Shown: in pieces, positions 25,498-32,000 of the stretch
Position numbering within the stretch: position 1 is the first letter of the stretch
Layout of the letters: each line of letters starts with the position of its first letter
Source: Xanthomonas campestris pv. campestris str. ATCC 33913
GTDB lineage: Bacteria; Pseudomonadota; Gammaproteobacteria; Xanthomonadales; Xanthomonadaceae
Direction: 5' to 3'
DNA: 32,000 nt
NCBI RefSeq assembly: GCF_000007145.1
Contig: NC_003902.1
Location: 3,716,497-3,748,496, forward strand
The notes under the pieces: generated by a model
Database searches by the model: none
Seen by the model: the letters and a program-made list of their open reading frames with translations, nothing else
Told to the model about the DNA's origin: nothing
Position numbers and translations under genes: made by a program

Positions 25498-25996
25498 GGT
25501 ATTCACCTTTTTCCGTGGTTGGTTCTCAGGGATTGCGGATGTTCTTTCAGCACGACCGTGGTGGTATTGGCCTACTCCCATTCCTGTAAAGGCACCCATC
25601 GAAGACTCCTTGGAAGGCGATCGGACACGCTCCGCCAGCGCACATCCGCAACGGCGTACGAGGGCAAGACATCAGCAACGCGTACGCAAGGAGGCAGGGC
25701 CAGATGGCCTTGATCCAGACGAAAACGCATAACGCTCAGCGTGTATCAGGGGCAGGGTACCGGGCCGATAAGCGCGTTCCGGCACTTGCGTGATGAGTGG
25801 ATGATCTCCAGGGAGCGAGTGAGCGAGCAGCATTGACTGCTGTGCTTGCGAGCGGCGTGACCAAGCTCGCCATGCGCAAACTACGCCGCAGCTGTGAGCG
25901 GCGCAATCGCCAAAGATTGCGTTCGGACACAGATCCGAATACCCGCTACACCCATCGGTGCAGTCCAGGCATTACGACACAAATGGATGTGCCAGC

Positions 25997-26114
25997 ACGC
26001 ACAAAAAACGGCCACATCGCTTCCCGACGATGCGGCCGAATGGGAGGGTGCCCGACGTTTCCGTCAGGCGTACTGCAGCGCCGCATGAAAACGGCGACGG
26101 GAAGAACGCGCAAT
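25997..26114 (-). ncRNA. Copy B of the paralogous RNA module, in the 3' UTR of the TonB-dependent receptor gene
   Basis: Same architecture as copy A. It starts ~80 nt after the receptor stop codon (26192). Confidence 0.4.
26003..26038 (-). terminator. Rho-independent terminator (minus strand) after the TonB-dependent receptor gene
   Basis: The minus-strand RNA reads CGGCCGCAUCG-UCGGGAAG-CGAUGUGGCCG (11 bp including one G-U pair), followed by U6. Confidence 0.8.
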
Positions 26115-26191
26115 GATCGCGTGGAGAGTCTCGCTAGAAGAACATGCAGCACGACGCGGATGCGCGCCATGCCGCATGGGGTGCAGCCGGA

Positions 26192-29128
26192 TCAGAAACG
26201 CAAACGCAGGCCCGCGTAATAACGACGCTCGAAGATGTTCTGGTCGTAATAGTGGTTGGTCCACTGCGCGTAACGCCGCTCGCTCTCGCCGGTGAGGTTG
26301 GTGGCCTGTGCGTACAGCGTCAGGTGGTCGTTGACGTCGTAGCTGAAGGAGGCATCCAGATAACCGACGTCGTCGTTCCAGATCGCCAGCTCATCGCCCC
26401 ACGCACCGCTATTGACCTGGCTGAAACGCTTGCTGCGCCAGTTGTAGGCCACGCGCGCCTGCAACTTGTCCTTTTGATACCACAGCACCGCATTGGCCTG
26501 GTGCTTGGAGTTGTCGCCGATCGGCAGCGTGTTGCCTTCGATATCGGTGTTGTCGGTATCGGCATCGGAGAAGGTGTAGTTGATGTTGGTGCCGAAACCG
26601 CTCAGCCAGCCGGGCAGGAAATCGAAGGCCTGTTGATAGCCGATTTCGAAACCCTTGATCTTGCCGCCACCGCCATTGACGATGCTCTCCACCGGGCCGC
26701 CAAGCCGCACCACACCGTCGGCATCGGGCTGCGGCTCGATGTTGGTCACCGTGGTGGGGAACGACTTCACGTCGATCAGGAACGCGCCCACGCTGACCAA
26801 CGACGCATCGGAGAAATACCATTCCCACGACGCGTTGTAGTTGGTGGCGCGGTACGGATCCAGATCCGGGTTGCCGGAACGGCCATTGAGGAACAGCACC
26901 GCATCGGGGGGCAGCGCAGGGTTACGCGGTGGCGTGCCATTGACCGCATAGAAGCTCACCAGACCGCGGCCGAGATCGGGTAGATCCTGACGTGCCACCG
27001 CCTTGTTGTAGGCGAAACGCAGTTTCTGCGCGTCGGTGATGTCCAGCGACAGGTTGGCGGTGGGCAGCACGTCGGTGTATTGGCGATTCAAACGGTTGGT
27101 ACCAATCGCCGGGCTGACACCGTTCCATTCGACATTGCCGATAAACACGTTGCCGCTGCTCAGATACTGATCGATCGCCAGCTTGGTCTGCACGATGCGT
27201 GCGCCGATATTGGCCGTCCACGGCACCGCACTGCCGGTGCCGCCTTCCAGATTCGCCAGGAAATACGCCGCCGTGCTTTTTTCGGTGACCTTGTACGAAT
27301 CGGCAGCCTGCTGGTAGGCCACGTTGCCCGGATACAGGCTGTTGATATACCCCACCGGGTCCTTCATGACCTGCGGATTGATCGCCGGCAACCCCTGGCT
27401 GCCCAGGCCGGTAACCTTGAGCGGATCGAAGTCGTTGAAGTACGCCCAGTAGCCGGGGATGGAATTAAACGGCAGCAGGCGCGCTTCGGACACGCCGCTG
27501 CAGGTGTCGGAGATCAGCGGGTCCTTGAAGTAGTACAGCGAGCGGTTGGGGTCTGCGCATGTGGTCGACACCGGCGACAGGTAGCGATAGGTGTCCAGCT
27601 TGACCTCGCGCTCGCCGTAGCGGATGCCGAACTGGAAGCCGCGTACCACACCTTCGTCGAACTCGAAGGTGCCATCGGCACGGAATGCATCCATCGTCGC
27701 TTCGATCTTGTTGCCCTGCGCCCAGGTCGACATCAGCTGCCAGTTGTCCGGGTTGGACACATCGGTGCCGAGGTTGACCGCCGGGTAGGTGCCGCGGAAA
27801 TCCACCGAGGCATCCACGGTTGGCAAGCCATTGGCGTTTGCCCATTGCGTCACGCCGCCAGCGCGGGTGATCTGATCGCCGCGAGTCACCACCGCATCGG
27901 CACGCGCTTCGTCGTAGGTGCGCTGTGCATCGCCATGCACCCAGCGGAACGATGCACGGAACGGGCCGCCGTCATCGAAGCGCAGCTCCAGGTTGGTGTT
28001 GAGCGAATCCGAATCGGCCACGCCGGCCATCGAATGTGCCTGGAAGCGGTTGTAGCGGAACTGGCCGTATTCGAGCACGCCGTTGGAATCGACCACCGAT
28101 CCCGGCTGCAGCTGATTGGTGGCCCAGCCGGTATGCAGCTGCGCGGCCACCGAGGTGTCCTGGTCTTCGAGCTTGGTATAGGCCGCGTCGGCCAGCACCG
28201 TCCACGAGTCGTTGATGTTGAACTGAAACGAGCCGTTGACGCCGGTGCGTTGGCGGTCGGTGCTGCGGTTATCCAGTTCGGTGGCGACCCAGTTATAGAA
28301 ATAATCACGCGGCAGGTTGGACGGATCGGTATTGCTGCCGATGCGGCCATCGCCGTTGAAGTCGAAGCCCACGTTCTGCTCGGTGGATTTTTGCGCGCCG
28401 TTGGAATACACGCTGGGGTGCTTGTTTTCCAGGGTGGCATCGGAATACGACACCGCCAGCAGGGCGCCCCAACGTTCGGTGCGGAAGCTGGCCAGGCCCG
28501 AGTACAACTCGTTGAGTTCTTCCACGCGGTCGCCGTAGGAACCTTCGGCCTGACCGCTGAAGGTCCAGCCTTCGGGCAGATCGAACGGGCGACGCGTCTT
28601 CAGCGAGACCGTGCCGCTGATGCCGCCATCCAGATCGGCGGCAGTGGGCGACTTGATTACGTCCACGCCGCTGAATAGTGTCGGCGGGATGTCGACGAAA
28701 TCCGGCTGTGCGCGGCCGATGTTCGGTTGGCCGAATTGATCGCCACCACCTGCGCTCAGATACAGCTCGCCATTCATCGTGGTCTGCACCTGCGGCATGC
28801 CGCGGATGTTGAGCTGTGAGCCCTCGCCGGCGGAGCGCCGGATCTGTACGCCGGGTACACGCTGCAGCGAATCGGTGATGGTGACGTCGGGCAGCTTGCC
28901 GATGTCTTCAGCCGAAATTGAATCGATGATTTGCGCGGCAGTGCGCTTGTTCTCGATGGCTTCGGCCTGCGCGCCACGCACACCCTTGACCATGACCTTG
29001 TCCAACTCGGTGACACCTGCGCCGGCACTGGCGTCCTGCGCTTGCGCGCCACCAGCCAGCAAGGTCAGTGCGGCCGCGAGCGCGGCGGCCAGCGGTGTAT
29101 GACGTGTATTCGACAGCAACTTGTTCAT
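26192..29128 (-). CDS. TonB-dependent outer-membrane receptor (carbohydrate-type)
   Basis: Start at ATG 29128, preceded by GGGAGGGG. Signal peptide MNKLLSNTRHTPLAAALAAALTLLAGGAQA, then a plug domain (...IDSISAEDIGKLPDVTITDSLQRVPGVQI...). The beta-barrel ends ...YYAGLRLRF with a terminal aromatic residue. Confidence 0.9.
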   Translation of the reverse strand: MNKLLSNTRHTPLAAALAAALTLLAGGAQAQDASAGAGVTELDKVMVKGVRGAQAEAIENKRTAAQIIDSISAEDIGKLPDVTITDSLQRVPGVQIRRSAGEGSQLNIRGMPQVQTTMNGELYLSAGGGDQFGQPNIGRAQPDFVDIPPTLFSGVDVIKSPTAADLDGGISGTVSLKTRRPFDLPEGWTFSGQAEGSYGDRVEELNELYSGLASFRTERWGALLAVSYSDATLENKHPSVYSNGAQKSTEQNVGFDFNGDGRIGSNTDPSNLPRDYFYNWVATELDNRSTDRQRTGVNGSFQFNINDSWTVLADAAYTKLEDQDTSVAAQLHTGWATNQLQPGSVVDSNGVLEYGQFRYNRFQAHSMAGVADSDSLNTNLELRFDDGGPFRASFRWVHGDAQRTYDEARADAVVTRGDQITRAGGVTQWANANGLPTVDASVDFRGTYPAVNLGTDVSNPDNWQLMSTWAQGNKIEATMDAFRADGTFEFDEGVVRGFQFGIRYGEREVKLDTYRYLSPVSTTCADPNRSLYYFKDPLISDTCSGVSEARLLPFNSIPGYWAYFNDFDPLKVTGLGSQGLPAINPQVMKDPVGYINSLYPGNVAYQQAADSYKVTEKSTAAYFLANLEGGTGSAVPWTANIGARIVQTKLAIDQYLSSGNVFIGNVEWNGVSPAIGTNRLNRQYTDVLPTANLSLDITDAQKLRFAYNKAVARQDLPDLGRGLVSFYAVNGTPPRNPALPPDAVLFLNGRSGNPDLDPYRATNYNASWEWYFSDASLVSVGAFLIDVKSFPTTVTNIEPQPDADGVVRLGGPVESIVNGGGGKIKGFEIGYQQAFDFLPGWLSGFGTNINYTFSDADTDNTDIEGNTLPIGDNSKHQANAVLWYQKDKLQARVAYNWRSKRFSQVNSGAWGDELAIWNDDVGYLDASFSYDVNDHLTLYAQATNLTGESERRYAQWTNHYYDQNIFERRYYAGLRLRF

Positions 29129-29265
29129 GGTCCCCTCCCAGGGATGACAACACTCCACGACCATTTCGAATGGTGCCGCCGGGGGGCGGCACGGTGTGTC
29201 TGACGCGTTCAACGCGCCAGTGCGAGCTCCGTGCGGGGCACGGCATAGCAACTGCAAGGACGCCG

Positions 29266-32000
29266 CTAGGGACTGCCGCTGGCGGTGCCCGAAGACGGTG
29301 CAAGATTCCACCCGCGCAACTGCACGCGCGCGGCGCGCAAGCTGGCCTCGGCCGGCCCGCGAATCTCCACGGTGCGGCTCTCGCCAGGCGCAAGATTGAG
29401 ATAGTTGTCGCTGTAGTAGGCCGGCAAGATGCGCTGGCCTTGCGCATCCACCAAGGTGAGCTTGGCGCCCAGGGCCACGTGCTGCGAAGGGTTCCGCACA
29501 GTGGCGCTCAACACCGGCGCATCGCCTGCCTGCAGCTGCGTGGTGAGCTCCAGTGGCACCGGCGCCAATGCGTCCAAGCAGCGCATGGCAGCGGCGTCGC
29601 GCGCCACCCAGTAGAAATTGCGCGAGCGCACCGTGCCGTCGCGCTCCAGCAACTGCAGCCGCACAAAGCCCAGGTCCTTTGCGTTCGCCAGCAGTGGCGT
29701 CAGCTGAAGCACGGGTGCAGACACCGCCACCGCTGCTGCATCCACCGCCTGCTCGCGCTGTTGCAGCAGGCGGCCGTCGGCCGCATAGGTCTCAGCCCGC
29801 ACACGCAGGCCACGCACGGCTGTGGTCGTGTTGTTGACCACCACGACTTCGTGGCCGGGCAGATTCATCTGCACATGCAGTGGCTCGGCGGCATTGCGCA
29901 CGCCGTAGTACGCGGCGTGGGTGTCGTAATCGTGGCTGTAGATCTGCCACATGTTGCTGGGCCACGCCGGGTGGCTCATCCACAGCAGCCGGCCGCTGTT
30001 CTTCGTCCACAACTGCGCGTTGAACCCTTCGAAGATGGCGCGGTAGGTTTCGTAATTGAGCAGCTGCGCCTTGCGTTCGAAATCGTCCAGACTGGTTGGT
30101 GCGCCAAGCTTGTCGCTGAGTGAGCGCATGAAGCTGGCGGTATCGCCGTTGCCGGACTGATGCCAGTCGTGATACGCCCAGCTGTCACTGATCGGCCATT
30201 GATCCTGCACCGCAGGTACCGACGCCTTGAAGGACTCCAGGGTGGAGAACGACGGTGTACCCACTTCCACCGAGAAGCCCTGTGCCAGCTTGTTGAAGTA
30301 CGCCACCGGCTCGCGATAGTTGTACGGGCCGCTGCCTTGCAGATTCACTTCGTTGGAACTGGCGGTGTACCAGCGTGTGCCATCGAGCGCGGCGACCAGC
30401 GCGTCCAGGCCCTCGTTGAGGATCGGCGCGGGAACGCCTTCGTTGCGGCCGAACCACAGCACAATCGAAGGGTGGTTGCGGAAGCGCGTGATGACCTCGG
30501 CGGCATTGGCCAGGAACAGCGCCGCGTCGGCCGGCTCCATGTTGTAGTTCTGCGTGGATTGCCAGAAGTCGTTCAACACCAACATGCCGTATTCGTCGGC
30601 CAGGTCGAAGAAGCTCGCTCCGGTGTTCTGCCCCACCCAATTGCGCACCACGTTGAAGTGCGCATCGCGCTGCAGGCGGAAGTACGGCTCCAGGCGCTCG
30701 CGTGAGACGCGCTTGCGCCAATCGTCCATACCCCAATTACCGCCCTTGATCGCAATCCGCACACCGTTGATGCGCAGCACCAGATGCGGGGCCAACGTAC
30801 TGTCATCCAGCTGCGTCACCGCTGGCGACGCGAGTGCGCCGGGATACAGCGATTGCGCATTGCCACCGGGCACCGGGCGAATGGCGGCGTGCCGCACATC
30901 GACGATGCGCTCGCCACGCTGCCGGGCCTGATTGAGATCCACCAGCACACGACGCAGTGCGCCACGTTCGTCGAACAACGACAGCTCGTAAGTGACCTCG
31001 CGAATACCGAACCGCAGTTGCTGCAGATCCGACTGCACACCGCCCGCTGCGACACCGACCTGCAAGGTGTACAGCGAGGGCTCGCCATACCCATTCGGCC
31101 ACCACAGCCGTGGATTGGTCACCACCAGCTCCGGCGTGTCGGCGGCAGTGAGTGTGAGCGTGGTGCCGCCCGCAGGCACGTTGACCTCACGCTGGATACG
31201 CACATCACCGAAGGCAAGCTGCACTGTGCCCTGCACCGCAGTGCCGCTGGTGTTGCGCAATGGCACGGCAATTTCCAGCTCGGCGCGGCGATGGCCGGGC
31301 GCCAGTTTGGCGGTGACCACGTGCGTGTCGCCGACCGCGAGCGGGCCGGTGGCATGCAGCTGTACATCCTGCCAGAGCCCGGCATTACGGTCGCGCACCG
31401 CCGGGATCCAGTCCCAGCCTTCGCTGGCAATGAAGGTGGGCCCATCCAGTGCCTGCATGCCACCGTTCTCGCCAACGCCGGCGGTCATCGACTGCTCGTG
31501 CGCAATGCCCGGATGCGGCGGCGGCGAAACACGCACGGCAATCGCATTGCGGCCGGGCGTGAGGTAGCTGCTGACATCGAACCGCCCACGCGCGAATGCG
31601 CCACGCGTACGCCCCACCTGCACGCCGTTGACCCAGATCTCGCCGGCGTAATTGATGCCGTTGAACACCAGTTCCAGGCGCTTGCCCTGTGTGCTGGCAG
31701 GCAGCTCAAAGGTGCTGCGGTACCACCAGTCCTGGCGGCTCAGCGATTCGGGAATGGCCATGTTGTTGAGGCCGATATCCGGATCTGGATACACACCGCG
31801 ATCGACCAGCGTGGTGAGTACCGTGCCCGGCACGGTGGCCACATGCCATGCGCTACTGGAAGGTGCAGCGCCACGCGACAGCTCGGCACCACCACGCGTG
31901 CCGAGGTCAGGCGCAGCGGCCAGCTGCCAGCCGCCCACGCGCCATGACAGCGCATCCAGCGGCTGCAATGCGGGCGCATTGGTGACGGGCTTGGCCACCG
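29266..32000 (-). CDS. Glycoside hydrolase family 2 (beta-mannosidase / exo-glucosaminidase-like), 5' end probably off the window
   Basis: Over 910 aa, with GH2 sugar-binding and TIM-barrel blocks (LVFNGINYAGEIWVNGVQVG, GGNWG.DD, FGRNEG, HPAWPS). The first codon in the window is GTG and no signal peptide is visible, so the N-terminus likely lies beyond base 32000. Confidence 0.8.
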   Translation of the reverse strand, partial: VAKPVTNAPALQPLDALSWRVGGWQLAAAPDLGTRGGAELSRGAAPSSSAWHVATVPGTVLTTLVDRGVYPDPDIGLNNMAIPESLSRQDWWYRSTFELPASTQGKRLELVFNGINYAGEIWVNGVQVGRTRGAFARGRFDVSSYLTPGRNAIAVRVSPPPHPGIAHEQSMTAGVGENGGMQALDGPTFIASEGWDWIPAVRDRNAGLWQDVQLHATGPLAVGDTHVVTAKLAPGHRRAELEIAVPLRNTSGTAVQGTVQLAFGDVRIQREVNVPAGGTTLTLTAADTPELVVTNPRLWWPNGYGEPSLYTLQVGVAAGGVQSDLQQLRFGIREVTYELSLFDERGALRRVLVDLNQARQRGERIVDVRHAAIRPVPGGNAQSLYPGALASPAVTQLDDSTLAPHLVLRINGVRIAIKGGNWGMDDWRKRVSRERLEPYFRLQRDAHFNVVRNWVGQNTGASFFDLADEYGMLVLNDFWQSTQNYNMEPADAALFLANAAEVITRFRNHPSIVLWFGRNEGVPAPILNEGLDALVAALDGTRWYTASSNEVNLQGSGPYNYREPVAYFNKLAQGFSVEVGTPSFSTLESFKASVPAVQDQWPISDSWAYHDWHQSGNGDTASFMRSLSDKLGAPTSLDDFERKAQLLNYETYRAIFEGFNAQLWTKNSGRLLWMSHPAWPSNMWQIYSHDYDTHAAYYGVRNAAEPLHVQMNLPGHEVVVVNNTTTAVRGLRVRAETYAADGRLLQQREQAVDAAAVAVSAPVLQLTPLLANAKDLGFVRLQLLERDGTVRSRNFYWVARDAAAMRCLDALAPVPLELTTQLQAGDAPVLSATVRNPSQHVALGAKLTLVDAQGQRILPAYYSDNYLNLAPGESRTVEIRGPAEASLRAARVQLRGWNLAPSSGTASGSP

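Noticed and set aside
24170-31947. Long plus-strand ORFs (24170..25222, 26144..26983, 27080..28678, 29068..30123, 30160..30705, 30784..31947)
   Set aside because: All are antisense to the GH6, TonB-dependent receptor and GH2 genes. Their composition is arginine/glycine/alanine-rich, as expected from reverse frames of GC-rich genes.

Overview
By gene content this is a high-GC Xanthomonas-type (Xanthomonadaceae) chromosome segment. It splits into two parts.

(1) Bases ~1-12085 are accessory DNA.
- Two nested IS3-family elements occupy 1-1229.
- A visibly lower-GC integrative island follows (by eye ~50% GC against ~65-70% for the flanks; not computed). It abuts the 3' end of an intact tRNA-Gly(CCC) at 12086-12159 (minus strand).
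- Island cargo, left to right: a giant 1354-aa protein with a HigA/XRE-type HTH N-terminus and no other domain I can assign; a ~750-bp AT-rich gene-free spacer; a LysR regulator; a divergent pair made of an XRE regulator and an HTH-less LysR-effector-domain protein; a lipoprotein gene followed by a gene whose C-terminus looks like an XVIPCD secretion domain of the Xanthomonadaceae bacteria-killing type IV secretion system; and a P4-type tyrosine integrase with a ~215-aa C-terminal extension.
- The lipoprotein plus XVIPCD-like protein is a candidate new effector/immunity pair with an unassigned toxin domain.

(2) Bases 12160-32000 are core genes.
- They comprise an EstA-like GDSL autotransporter esterase, thiS-thiG, trmB, a DASS/TrkA-C transporter, a Rieske protein, a small membrane protein, an FAH-family hydrolase and mscL.
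- An M28 peptidase follows, broken by an in-frame TAG.
- The segment ends with a carbohydrate-utilisation (TonB-dependent receptor) locus: a LacI regulator, a frameshifted GH6 cellobiohydrolase, a TonB-dependent receptor and a GH2 glycosidase.

The best leads:
- the effector/immunity candidate;
- the giant HTH protein, with a C4-tract frameshift and an upstream heptamer-repeat operator;
- the antitoxin-like extension on the integrase;
- two paralogous terminator-containing RNA modules with a conserved single-stranded CACCCUCCCA linker that bracket the GH6 gene.

All similarity statements are by-eye recognition. No database search was possible.
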